64,000 bases of DNA from Piromyces finnis finn (lineage: Eukaryota; Fungi; Neocallimastigomycota). Shown here piece after piece: positions 1 through 19,305 of this stretch. The stretch covers positions 744,001 through 808,000 of the forward strand of contig MCFH01000017.1 of the NCBI GenBank assembly GCA_002104945.1, given 5' to 3'. Each line of letters starts with the position of its first letter. Within the stretch, counting starts at the first letter, position 1. Under the pieces are notes generated by a model that made no database searches, was not told where the DNA came from, and saw only the letters and a program-made list of their open reading frames with translations. The translations under genes and the position numbers were made by a program.

Positions 1-1246
1 GAGATTCAATTTCTAATAAAAGATCACAAGCATCAGCTTCAGCATTATGACTCATGAAGAATGGAACAATTTCAAGAGCTAATTGTTTTAAATCAGAGGT
101 ATCTTGTTCAGATTCCATACGAGCATTGTATTCTTGAATAATTTCTGAGGATAAATGTCTTTTTGAAATGAAAATTATTTTACCAAATTCATAAAAAATA
201 ATTAATATCATTTAAAATATATTTCAATAAAATGTAAAAAAAGTTTATATTTTTTACCTAACGTATTCATGGCCCCAAGAAGTAGCATCCTTTTTACCTA
301 AAACATAGTATTTTAAAGTTAATCTTTTATCTTCTTCACCATAAGTCATAGATAATACGGATAAAACATCAGCAAGAAGTTGCTAAAAAATGAAAAAAAA
401 AAATAAATTGAGATCTATTAATTATATTCATTTTCGTTTTTTCAATTTAAAAAAATTTTAAAACTATTTTTATTAATGTTATACCTTTTCTTCTCCGTCT
501 TTCCATTGTTCGTAAAGTTCTAAGAGTGGTTCATAGTGTGGTCTTAAAAACTTTAATGGTTTTGGGACAGAGGTCATAGAACTTGTGGAAGTTTTAATTA
601 AGGTACTTAAGTTTTCAAGAGAAGATTTGTATAAGGAAGTGTCTGGTTCCTTTATTATATAAATGAATATGATGATGTTTATTTGATATTTATATTAATA
701 ATTGAATATTAATTGTTTTGTTATTACTCTGTAATTTTTATTTTTTTTTATTTTATTTTATTTTATTTTATTTTGAACAATATTATAATGTTTAATATGA
801 ATTTATGAAATTTCAATCTACCTTTAATCTTTCAACCAACATTTCAAGTTCATTTTTAAGTTGTTGATCTTCTTCAGACTTTAAAATAATAAATTATTAA
901 AGATTTTTATATAAAATATTTAAATAAATAAATATAAAAATAATTAGTATTTCCAAATTTCTAAATATTATATAACTTCTGAATAGTTTAATTGACAGAT
1001 CAATACTATCTATTAAAGTTTATTATACAAATGTGTGAACCATTTACTATTTATAATGACATATTATACTAATTTAATATTTTATATTAATTTTATTTTT
1101 ATAATCTAATTAATTGTTTGTCATGTATGATCCACAAATTATATATTTCTTGAATTTTTATATATAAAGAATAATGAGAGTATATAAATTTCTTTTTCGT
1201 TTTTCTTTTTTAAGGAAAAGGAATTATATATATATATATACTCGAT

Positions 1247-1277
<31 letters not shown>

Positions 1278-1414
1278 TTTTAAATAATTTGGATTTTGTA
1301 ATTTTATTTTAAAATAATTAAATATTTTACCAATTCTTCTTCCTTTGGTTGTTCCTTTTTGTTTTTGTTCTTAACATCAACCTTTTCTCCTTCTGGTTTC
1401 TTTGTATCGACCAT
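1..1414 (-). CDS. RPN1: 26S proteasome regulatory subunit RPN1/PSMD2, 5' part (runs off the left edge). Exons 1331-1414, 822-878, 485-649, 258-382, 1-158
   Basis: Spliced translation [11 protein letters not shown]...[60 protein letters not shown]...[14 protein letters not shown]...[15 protein letters not shown] contains the hallmark RPN1 N-terminal motifs. All introns are GT-AG with consistent phases. Confidence 0.95.
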
Positions 1415-2500
1415 GTTGTATTTTATCTATCTGTTGAATAAATTACTGAAAGTATCTAAAATAATAAATAATAAATAAACCAAATATAACATAAAAAAAA
1501 AAAAAGTGAATATAAAAGGTGTGATGGGATAATCATTTGATTTAAAAAAAATAATCTTTTTAATTTTTTACATTTTAAAAAGTTTTTTTTTTTTGCTTTC
1601 TTAAAATTTATTTTGTTGTTAAACTATATACAAATGAATATTTATTTTTATTATTAAATAGTTTGAATTTTCCCTTCTTTTTTTTTTTTTTTTACTTTAA
1701 TTGTTTGGTTTGTTCTTTTTTTTTTTTTTTTTTTTAATTTCAGTTTGTATACTTTTTATTTTTTTAAAAAAAAAAATAATAATATTTTTTTTAATAAATA
1801 TTTAAAATTTAATATAAATTTTTTTATTATTATTTAAATTACTAATTAATATTTCAATAAAAAAAAATATAAAATTTAATATTAATTGAAATTTATTATG
1901 ATTTTAATTATTACATTACTTTTAATATATTAGATTATATTGTAATATATTTATATTTTGTTATTTAGAATTAAAATTTTTAATTAAACTAATGACTAAA
2001 TATGATATTCATAGGATTTAATAAATATATGTATTGATACCATAGATTAATGTAGAAGAAATAAGAAAGCTTTACAAGAAAAAAAAAAGATAGTATTAAT
2101 AGTATTATTATTTATAGAGTATTATGATGATTAAAATAGGGAATATAAATATTTTTATTATAAAAGATTTATATATATAATTAATAAATCGGACTTTTTT
2201 AAAATACCTCTTGAACTAGTTAGTTTTTTTTTTTTTTTCCCTTTCTTCTAACCATCATTTTTATTTTTTGGATTTTAACCATTTTTATCAATAACCACAT
2301 AAACTTAAATTGTTAGTTACTTATTTATTTTTTTTTAAAAAAAATAAAGTTTAAAAAAAAAAAAAAGTTTATCTATAGATTAGCAGCAGCAGCAAAAACA
2401 ATAAAAATTAAATTAAAAAAAAAATAAAAATCATAAGAAACAAAAAAAAAAAGAGTCAATAATTGTCATTAATGTTAAATATTCCTTATTTAATAAGAAA

Positions 2501-7714
<5,214 letters not shown>

Positions 7715-7911
7715 TTTATGTAATTAATGTTTAAAATATATATATATGTGTTTCTATACATATTATCTATACCATTCTTTCTTCCTATCTTTAGTAATAA
7801 TTCTTTAAGAAATGTAATGAAATAATTAATGTACTACAAAATATATATAGAAAAATTTTCATATATATATTTAAAAAAAAAAAAAATTAAAAGTTTAAAA
7901 AATAAAAAAAA

Positions 7912-10874
7912 ATGAAAAGAAAATTGAAATGTATTACGCTCTCCAATCTTCAATTAGAAAAGTTAATTGAAAGAGTAAATTGTTATAACACAATTTTTAT
8001 TATTTATAAACATATATATATTTCAAGAAAGAAAATGAATAAAATAATATATTTTCTTTATAAATAAATAAAAAAAAAAAAAAATTGTTAATTCTTTTTA
8101 AAATTTAAATTTTGAAATTGAAATTTCCAAATTAAAATAAAATTTATGAATTAAAAAATAAATATTTATTTTAAACATTTAAAGTATAGGTATTGCTAAT
8201 AGCATACATGATACTAATATTCTTTTTTTTTTATAACTAACTATATAATAGTTTTTTAATAGACTATTTGTTAAATATAACTCGTTAGGTAAAGCTTTAC
8301 CTATAGTGAAATTTATATCAGAGCATTGGGAAGAAGTTATAAAATTTTATATTGGATATGAAATCAATCAAAAAATTGTTGCAAGGAAAAAAGTAAAAAC
8401 GTCTAAAATAAATAGTTCAAAAGAAAAAGAAACTGAAAAGGTAACGATAATGAACAATAATATAAAGCAGTACACTCAATAATGATAAATATGGAAATGT
8501 AATTTTAAAGTTTCTTTTAAAATGTTTTTTTTTTTTTATTAATGACTTTGCTCTTTTTTTTTTTTAAAAAAAAAAAAAAATAAATAAAGCAACAACAAAA
8601 CCATTGTTATGAATATGAACTATGCTCAGAAACAAAGAAGAGAATAAGAAATTATGATAAAAGTCGTTTAATAAAAATATATCCTTTTGGATATTATTTC
8701 AATTTTTTAAAACAATACTGTAAGTAGCTGAATAGTAATAAATAAATTAATAATACACATATATGCATATATGCATATATGTATATATATATATATTTCA
8801 ATAAATTAACAAATAAATAAAAGTAGATGATAATAATAGTAATATACAAAATACAAAATATGGCAATGACAACGAACTAAAGACAACAACTGCTACTGTA
8901 TCAACAAATCATTTCAAAAATCAAAAAGATACTCATCCTTTTAAAACAAATAATAGTTTTGAAAGCCATAGTAATGAGAATAAAGAAATGTCCCTTTCAG
9001 AATTTATTCAAATTTTTCATCAAATACCAAGATATGCACCAATGATAGTAATTCATATTGGCGCAGGGTATCATAGTCCATCGAAAGAAAAACAATATCG
9101 AAAATTATGTAAAAGAGTTTTACACGAAGCTATGAATATTTTATGTATGAAAGGTACAGAGATAAAAAATGAAACAAACAATGAAAAAATAAAAGTCGAC
9201 ACTCTACTTACCATAGAAGAAGGAAAAAAGAATGAAAAAAAAGAAAAAATAAATCATTTGAATAAGGATACCAAGGATAAAGATACAGAAGATAATGATT
9301 TTATTTTTCATTTTAATGATCGATGGACGGGAACAGCAGTAGAAGCTGTCACTTACGCCATCACATTATTAGAAAATGATGAAATAACAAATGCAGGATT
9401 AGGATCAAATTTAAATTTGAAAGGTCAAGTAGAATGTGATGCAAGTGTAATGCAAGGAAATGGAGCATTTGGCGCAGTAGGTGCAGTATCCACATTAAAA
9501 AATCCAATTGAAGGTGCTAGAGCATTAATGGAACAAGAACGTCAAGGATTAATGCCATTAGGACGAGTACCACCGATGATGTTGGTAGGTAAAGGCGCAG
9601 AAGAATGGTGTCAACATTTTGGAAAAGGACAAGTGACTATCTTAAATGATAAAGATAATAATAATAAAAAAAAAATATCTCCGACATTGATATCAAAGAG
9701 ATCCCATCAAATTTACCAAATCTATATGGATAAATTAAAAAAAGTAGACTATGAAAGACATCAAGATTATTTCAATCATTTGGAAAATGAAAACGAAATT
9801 CAAAAGCATCAAAAAGAGTGTAATACTACTACTACAAATAATGAAAATGATTCTGAGAAGGATACTACAAAAGATACTGAATTAAAAATGGATACTGTTG
9901 GAGCAGTAGCTTTTGATATTTATGGTCAGATTGCTTCTGGAGTAAGTAGTGGTGGTATTGCATTAAAATATCCAGGAAGAGTTGGAGAAGCGGCTATGTA
10001 CGGTAGTGGATTATGGGCGGAAGATTCAACGCTTCGTTATCATCAACAGAAGGGTTCCCGTCATCATCATCGTTATAAAAAACTTTGTAACTATGGATGT
10101 AGTTTAACTGGTTGTGGAGAACAAATTATGAAAGGAATGCTTGCAAGAGAATGTGGCCAGTATTTTGAAAAGCAAAAGAAAGAAAAAGAAAGGGTAAAAG
10201 AGAAAAAAAGAAAAGAAAAGAAAGAGGTAAAAAGTGATGATGATAATAATAATAGTAGTGATGAGGATGAGGATGAATTAGGAAAGGAAGAAGATGAAAG
10301 CTTATCCACTTCAGACCTTCTTCATTGTTTTTTCAAAGAAAAAATTATAGGAGAAGATAGTATAATAAATCCAATGCAAGGTTATCACCCAGATCAACCA
10401 GGGCAACCAATGGTAGGGATAATTCTAATGCATGTTAAAAAGGAGGAGGAGGAGGAGGAGGAGGAGGAGGAAGAAGAAAAAGAAAAGGAGGAAAAAAGCA
10501 ACGATACTAAAGAAATAAAAAAGATAAATATAAATGAAAATGAAAAAAATAATGACACGACAAGTGAAAACAAAACATCCTTTTCCTCCATTCAACCTCC
10601 CCGTTCACCTATTTTTAATTGTTTGAGAGAGATATGGTATGGTCATACTACACCTTCTATGTGTATTGGGTATGCCTATGAATGTCGAGGAGGAAGACCA
10701 AGCGAGTATGGTTCAAATATTAAATACAAGACATTAATATCACGACTTTCAACAACAACAACAACAACAACAACAATGCCATCCTCATCCTCATCTATTA
10801 ATACTAATAAAATAGTATGGCAAACCACATCAAATAATAACGATACTTATAAACTAAGTGGAGAAATGTTTTAA
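7912..10874 (+). CDS. TASP1: Threonine aspartase 1 (taspase-1, Ntn-hydrolase/asparaginase-2 family) with a ~180-aa N-terminal extension. Exons 7912-7974, 8252-8440, 8590-8719, 8824-10874
   Basis: IVIHIGAG, NAGLGSNLN-GQVECDAS, autocleavage site MD|TVGAVAFD, SSGGIALKYPGRVGEAAMYGSGLWA, SLTGCGEQI and HTTPSMCIGY are taspase motifs. The reading frame is open upstream of 8988 to an AG at 8822-8823. Three upstream exons join with phases 0, 0 and 1, and a CTAAC branch point lies just before the 8252 acceptor. Confidence 0.88.
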
Positions 10875-10876
10875 AC

Positions 10877-10919
<43 letters not shown>

Positions 10920-11486
10920 ACTTTATATCACGAAAACTACTAATACATTTTTATAGTATTTTATGATGATGATGATGATAATAATAATTTAATTATCTTA
11001 AAAAGTAGTTTTCATTTAAAAAAAAAAAAATTATTATTTATATTATATATATGTAAAAACATATTTTTCAACATTATTTGTAGATACATTTATTGGTTAA
11101 TAATAATAAAAAAAAAAAAAAAAAAAGATTCTTTTTTTTTCTGGAGAAAAGTTTTGTAGTAATATTATGGCAAAAAAAAAAAAAAGTTTTTTTTTTTTTC
11201 TTCTATTTTTAAAACCTACTAAAGAATAATTATACGCTAGGTAATCTTAACTATTCATTAAATTATTAAAAACCGCTTATTAAATTTTAAACAAAAAATC
11301 ATAATATGAAAAAAATATTAAAAATACATCTAATAATTTAATTATATATATATATATATTATTTAAAATTTTATTATATTATGGATTTTCTTTTCTTTTT
11401 TTTTTTTTTTTTTAGAAAAATAAAACAAAAATAAAAAAAAAGTCGAATTAAATTTTAGTTATATTAATTTATACATAATAGAAAAT

Positions 11487-11517
<31 letters not shown>

Positions 11518-11679
11518 GGAATGTTTATATATATATAAACTGACGATTATTTATATCTATTTTATATAGTATTAAATGATTATTATATTAGTATAATTAT
11601 ATTGTATAATAAGAAAATGAAACTAGATAAAGTTTATTCTACTTATATTTTTAAAATATATAAATGAAATATAGATATT

Positions 11680-11710
<31 letters not shown>

Positions 11711-11816
11711 TATTATTAAAATATAGGGGAGGAAGATATAATATTTTCTACTTTAATTCCTTTTTTTTTTTTTTTCTATGCTTTGCTTTCTTTTTTCTAC
11801 ACTATTCGTTGTCGCT

Positions 11817-14800
11817 CTAATAATAAGCTGAAGGTTGTGATTGATGACGTGAAACAATAATAGAATTCTTACGACGCATTTTTTGATGACGTCTCTTTCT
11901 TCTTCTCTCATAAATTTCATCTACTGATTTAGCCTTTAATAATGGATTCTTACGACGACTTCTACTGTAACTTAATTCATTTTCATCATTATAAGCAAAG
12001 GCGAAACCAGTATTGACATATTCTTCATTATTATCCATAAAAATAACAGACATGGCTTGTCCATCTGCTGAAGTACCTTGACGCATAATATTATTACGAC
12101 GTGAACGACTAGAACGAATAGACATGGTCTTACGTTTCCGGTCATGATTAATGGTATTACTTGAAGATGGTTCGATCAATGGTGTAAATGGTGATAATAC
12201 ATTGCTTGTGGTCATAAAGCTTTGATCATCCTCCTCGGATATACTTGACACTGAAATAATCTTACCATTCGTAAAGACAGAAATTTCACTTTGATTGTAT
12301 GGTTGATACTTTGTATCAATATTAATACTTGATTCAGAGGCTTCAGCCATACCTTCTGCTCCTTCATCATTTTGTATCAATTGATCTAAATTAGTCACGT
12401 TTTGTATGGAATAACCAGGTTTGACCTTGAATTTCTTAGACTCATCATTAGCAATACCTGAAAAGGTATTTCTTTTAAAGGCGTCATTATTAATATCTAC
12501 TGTTATATAGGATGATTTGTGACTATTATATTTACTCTTCAAATTCGTTGAACTCTTCTTTGGTCCATTTTCAACTGTGACACTCACCATTTCTGGATGG
12601 TTAGTAGTATAGTTAATGCCATTGACTTCATTAACATCATTAATACTAGTTTCCTTTTCTTCTGGTATAACAGTTGGTCCTTGTTCCGGTTCTCTTGTAT
12701 AATCGGTAAAGTTATCATAACCATCTTCATCAACCAAATGATACTTTTCAATTTCACGATAGATATCAGAATCATCTGGGAAGTAGTTAATACGAATATA
12801 TTTTATCATGAAACGTGGGAACAATGCCATAACAATAACTAAAACATACAAAGCATAGAAATTTATATCCATAAACATGAATTTTAGGTAGGTGGCATAT
12901 TTAGCAAATGGAAGATTGGCCATAACTATGAAATAAATATGGAAACTCATAATTTCTAGTAATAATACTACTCCAGACAACCAATTAATGCTTTGCATAT
13001 TAACTGCAACAAATAAATTAACTAAAGTAATAACATAGCAAGAAATAATAGTACCAAGATAGTAAAGATCAGAGGTTAAACCATTACTGAAATTTGCAGA
13101 GAAGAAAGAGAAATAGGGTATGTAGAAACATATGTAGGATTGATAGAGTGCATCAGCAATATAGGCAAAGAAACGTTTCCAAGTAAACTTCTTTTGACGA
13201 ATACCCATTGATTTATAGAGTGGTGGTTTATTTAAAGCTGTTTCCTTTTTCAAATCCTTATCAAAGACACCCATGACCATTACAGGCATAGACGAAAAAA
13301 TGAAATTGAAAAACATGATTAAAGAATAATCAAAAAGAATTTGAGCAGAGAAACCACAATTAAATTGATACCAAAACAAGGTAAAAACCCATACAATATT
13401 CTTATAGAAAAAGTTCAAAACCATATTAGAAACACGAAGGTATGACCAACGACCATGAACCAGCAAAAGTTTCGAAAGATAGGCAAATTGAGATATGGCA
13501 TAATCACTAGACATGGCAGCCTGCATTCCTTCTTGACCAGCAATACCAACACCAATGTTGGCTTCTTGAATCATACTAATATCATTTGCACCATCACCAA
13601 TACTTAGACATAAAACTTTAAGACCTTCCTTTACTAAACAAACAACCTGAGCCTTTTGTTTAGGAGATACACGACAACAAATGACAGCACGACAACTTGT
13701 TGCTGTCTCAAGGAAGCGACGACGTAAATCTGGCTTTTCCATAATTAATTGTAAGGACTGACCATCAACAATCAAGGCGAAATCAATACCTTTTACTGGA
13801 GTCTGTTGACCCATCAATACATTAGTCATTGATTTACCACTATTGATGGACAAAGTCGACATGGTAGAGTAACGCTTATTACGATTCAACGAATGGAATT
13901 TGGACAATTCAATATCATTAACATTTGCATCATCATCTTCACCCTTCTTACGAGCCATTGAACGATTTATAGAATCAATAATATTCATGATAATATTAGG
14001 GAGACACCAAATACTATTTCTACCACGATGAACTGCTTGATTCTTGGCATTACCAAATTTTTTAATGATGGTATAGGCATTTCTTAACTGCGTCTTTACA
14101 TCATTAACATGATCCCGTTCATTCAAACTCAAATTATTATTGCGTTCACGAATAGCCAAGAGACACATGGAACGATTCAAAAGATTACTGGCGAAACCAA
14201 TGTTAATGGCAGTTTCAAGCTTATCCCCAGTTAAAACCCAAATCTTAATTCCGGCTTCTTGTAAGGTACCAATACAATCTGGTACACCTTCTTGAAGCTT
14301 ATCTTCAATAGCAGTAGCACCCAATAATACCAAATTTTTTTCAATGGCAGAAGCTAATTCATCCTTTAATCTATCACGATCTTCCAATGAAATTTCAGCA
14401 TTGTGATAATCCTCACTCCATTTTTGATAATCTTTAGCATTGATGTAACGATAGGCAATGCAAAGAGTTCTTAAACCTTCACTACCGAACTTTTCCAAGT
14501 GGGTAAAGGTTACATTACGAAGATTATCTTGATTCTTTTGAAGGCGTTCATAGATAACAGTATCAGCCCCCTTACAAAGTAATAATATTTCATTTTTAGG
14601 GGTACGAAGAATGACAGACATTCTCTTACGAACACTATTAAATTCTAAGATATGAAGAACTTCATAGGTTTCTTCTTTGCCAAAACAATTTATGGTGATT
14701 GAACTTTCAGTTCTTCTCACAAATGAGAAACCGAGATTTTTAGCAGTGGTGACAAGAGCTTGTTCATCCGGTGATTCAGCACAATAGTTTAAATAAGTTG

Positions 14801-17233
14801 TCTCCGTACCATCCTCCAAAACTGCTTTTTTTGGAGTAAGGACAGAATGGCAAAGAGCCAAGTGTCTAAAGAAGAAAAAGACAGCTTTTCCTTGAAGACT
14901 ATTTTCATTGGCTAAATCTGCCATTATTTGTTCATCCAAGAAAGAAAATTTTGTAGATTTATCCACGAATGGATTGTTATAATAGCTAAATACCATTTCT
15001 TTCATTTGTTTCTCCATTCCATCTTCTATTTCTTTAGCCTCCTCAATCGACAATCCCTCAATATCTCGCTTAACATCTGTATAACCCTTACCATAAACTT
15101 TACCAATAATAGAACAACGCATAAAGTCCATCTTATTCTGAGTTAATGTACCGGTCTTATCCGAAAATATATATTCAATTTGACCTAAATCATCTGAAAT
15201 ATTCCATGTTTTTGTATTACAAGGACTATCTGTTTCTTCATAATACAAATCAGTATCTTCATGAATGAACCATGCTTGAATTGTTTTAGCAATTTCAATA
15301 GAAATATATAATGAAATTGGTACAACATTTTGCATCATAATCATAGTGGATCCGAAGGTTTCTAAAAATTTTCTATATACTTTTTTATTATGAATAATAT
15401 AGAAAGGTGTATCGTGTTTATCCCATCTATTAAGAATTTGGATGTTAATAAGAGAAACTAATAAAGCAGCAGCAAATAAAATCATGAAATTGAATACAAT
15501 TTGTGGATTCATCAACTTTTCAATTCTAGAACGCTTGTATGGAGTACTTCCAGAATTTAAACGGACCTTAGTATCTTCTCCGGTATAAATAACAGCACCG
15601 ATAACCCAATCAGTGTTACGAATAACAGAACCACGTAATAATAAATTAGAAATATCTAAAGGAATAGAAATTTTACCATTTGGGAAAATTTCTTCATCTT
15701 CCTTTAAACTCTGACCATCACTAAGTATATTTTCTTTTTCTTCTTCTTCCTCTTCTTCATCATCATCATCATCATCACCATCATTACCATTACCATAACC
15801 AATATTTTGGTCTGGAAGTTCCATTCTACTTCTAAATTCATAAAGATTAACTATTGGATTTTCAGCCTTTATAACAAAACGCATATTTTTCGCTGATTTT
15901 ACATCACGAATACATTGAGTTTCCTTTTTACCTGATCTTCTCTTCAAAGTAGTTTCACCATCCAAATTTTTTGTTTCAACATAGCATTCGTTTTCTTCTT
16001 CACTAGTGGATAATATTACAATATCAGCGGGTACATTTTCATCTGTTGATAATAATATAATATCTCCGACACGAATATCTTTCCAAGGCACTGATTTCCA
16101 ACCAACGTTTCTATTTGGACTGACACTTAGGTCAACTTTTTCATCCATCATACCTATTTCAATGTTTGTTTTATTTTGATTATGGGATTGTGAAATATTA
16201 TTTAATTCCAAGGGTTCATCTTCATAAATTGATTGTAAATTTGGATCACTTGTTTTTTCTTTTTTCTTTTCAATATCCTCCTCTGAATCGGTATTTGGGA
16301 AGAATACTAATAATTGTTTTGGGACACTCTGAGTCATCCAACGAATAAATTTCAATAATTTTGACTTTATTCTACCGGTAAGAGATATATGAAATTTAGG
16401 GAAATTGGTATTTGTCCAATTATCTAATATAAGTGCTTTGGTATTATTAACTTTATTATCTTCTCTGTGACGTTTTAAATCTTCATAACCATCTTTCAAT
16501 GCAGTAATACATATTACACAACAAAGTGGCATAGCAGCAAATACTGGATTAACAACACCAAATACTGGAAATGCTTGTATAGTTACCATAAACAAAAAGA
16601 ATACTAATAATTATAAATAGATAAATATCGATTATTTATTATACAATAGGCAGGTATTGATAAATAAATAAATTATTTTTTTTTTTTTGAATATATGATA
16701 TAAATTAACAAAAAAAAAAAAAAAATAATAATAATAATAATAATAATTAATAGATAAATAAATGGATATATAAGAAAAATAAATAGGGTAAAAAAAAAAA
16801 GATTATTCTCAATAAAAAATTTCATTTTTTAAAAAAAATAAATCGATAAAATTCATTAAAATGAAATATAAATTATAAAAAATATAATGAATGTTAAATC
16901 ATCATAATTTAAATCATCATAATTTATCATTATCATAATTTATCATTAACTATATTTTTATCTTGAGGTTCCCCTTTAAAATTAGTAATTTTAAAAAAAA
17001 TTTTTTTCCAACTTACAGTTTGCTACACGATGAAATTGTTCATAAAGATTCTGAGGTATAAAAGTAAGTAGTGTATATTTTGAAGTACGAAGTTTATTAT
17101 TTCTGTATTGGTATAATGGTACTCCATATTTATCCACTGCTATTGAAGGCAAAGATATATTGAAATATATACGTCTTGAGGCAACGTTATCTCCCTCGTT
17201 TTCATTAATATATGAAGATGTTAATTTACTCAT
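11817..17233 (-). CDS. P4-type ATPase (phospholipid flippase), DNF1/DNF2-like. Exons 17017-17233 and 11817-16603
   Basis: [46 protein letters not shown], phosphorylation motif DKTGTLT, KGAD, TGDKLET, GDGAND and a C-terminal GFAF motif. One phase-1 GT-AG intron at 16604-17016. Confidence 0.95.
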
Positions 17234-18859
17234 TTTTGATGATACTTTTAATTTGACAATAAGGTATATATATAATGTTTATATAATATTTTTAAGATGA
17301 CAATATTTTACTCATTCAATGAGTATTTTATTATTTTCTTTTTATATTATTCAGAAAAGAAAAAAAAAAAAATCAATTTCCTGATATTTTAACAAAAAAA
17401 AAATTGATAAATATATTTATGTATTTATATTGGATAGTTTTATAATAAAACGTATTATGTTTTGTTGTTAAATACCTTTTTAATAGATATTTAAAAAAAA
17501 AAAAAAAGTTTTGTGGATAAAAGTTTAATAGGTTTTGATTATTATTTATATTTATTTTTGTTCTTTTAATTTATTGTTTTAAATAAAAATTATAAAATGA
17601 TATTCTATAATTTTATTTTGATTTCTTATATATATATTATTAAATATTGAGACTTGATGACTTTATTTCTTATCTAGCCTATACCTAAAATATTTTTATT
17701 GTTTTTTTTATTTATTTATTTTTTTATTTATATATTTATTTATTTATTTATTCGCTTAATAAATATTTAAAATAGTATACATTGAATTATGAAAATAAAA
17801 AAATACTACATTATTTGTTAATGGTTTTGGTTGTTTTTATTTTTTCATTGTATTATATTTGTGATTTTTACTTAAATATAAAGTGGATTGTATTATTAAT
17901 AGATTTGTTGCACAATAAAATAGTATTTTTTTTTTTATTATTATTATTATTGTAATTATTCAATTCATATTTATCTAAATGCAAATTTTATAATTATATG
18001 TTACTAATTTGAAGATTAATCTTTTTTTTTTTAATATTAAGCTTAAAACTTTTTTTTCCTTTATACTTTAAAACTATATATGTATTTTTACTCTATTTTA
18101 TAACTTTATTTTTTTAATATATATTTTTTGTCTTGTTAATAATAATATATATACAATAAATATTATTTGATCTATAGTTTGGTTTTCTTTTATTTTTTTT
18201 ATTTATCTATCATAAACACTCTTTATATAATCTATTTCTTCTTCACAATTTACGTTCAAAAATTGCTAATCAAAATAAATATAAAAAAAAGGTATTTGTA
18301 CGTTTATTTTTTTCTTTTCTTTTTTTTTTCTTATTAAAGAAAATAAAAAAAAAAAATTAAAATTTTAAAAATTTTAATTAATAAAGAGAAAACATTTAAT
18401 TTATATTATACCATATATTATAATATATGATAATTAATAAAAAAAATATTATTTTATTTAGTTAATCATATATTAATATTTATTATTTATATCCTTTTTT
18501 TTTTTGGAAAGATTATTCATTCCTTAATAAAAGTTACCACACCTAAACATCGCTGTATTCAATAAATATCAAAAAAGATAGAGAAGAGTGGGTAATAAGA
18601 AATAAGTACTTTGATGATCATTATAAATAATTGTTATATTTATAATTAAAATATAAAAAGAATAGAGTGTCTATTGTCATTACAATAAAAATTAATAAAT
18701 ATTTACTATCTCCCAAGATTAATTTTATAAAGCAGAATTTAAAAATAAGTTGCTTTGTTCCAACTAAAACAACATTATGATGAAATACCTTGACATTATC
18801 TATGAAAAAAAAGCAGATAAAATGGATGGTTGGATAGATGATTAAATATATAAATAAAT

Positions 18860-19305
18860 AAATGAATAACTACATTTTAATAAGTGAATGGATAAATTAT
18901 AAAGTAAATAAATATATTTTAACAAGTGAATGGATAAATTATCAAGTAAATAAATACATTTTAATAAGTGAATGAATAAATTATCAAGTAAATAAATATA
19001 TTTTAACAAGTGAATGGATAAATTATAAAGTAAATAAATATATTTTAACAAGTGAATGGATAAATTATAAAGTAAATAAATATATTTTAACAAGTGAATG
19101 GATAAATTATCAAGTAAATAAATATATTTTAATAAGTGAATGAATAAAATATTAAATAAATAAATATGTTTTAATAAGTGAATGAATAAAATATTAAATA
19201 AATAAATATATTTTAACAAGTGAATGAATAAAATATTAAATAAATAAATATGTTTTAATAAGTGAATGAATAAAATATTAAATAAATAAATACATTTTAA
19301 TAAAT
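18860..19305. repeat. 42-bp minisatellite, about 10.5 copies, two unit variants
   Basis: AAGTGAATG recurs at 18882, 18924, 18966, 19008, 19050, 19092, 19134, 19176, 19218 and 19260, an exact 42-bp period. Confidence 0.95.

Noticed and set aside
8988-8990. ATG at 8988 as the taspase start
   Set aside because: The frame stays open upstream to a splice acceptor, and three phase-compatible exons lead to the ATG at 7912.
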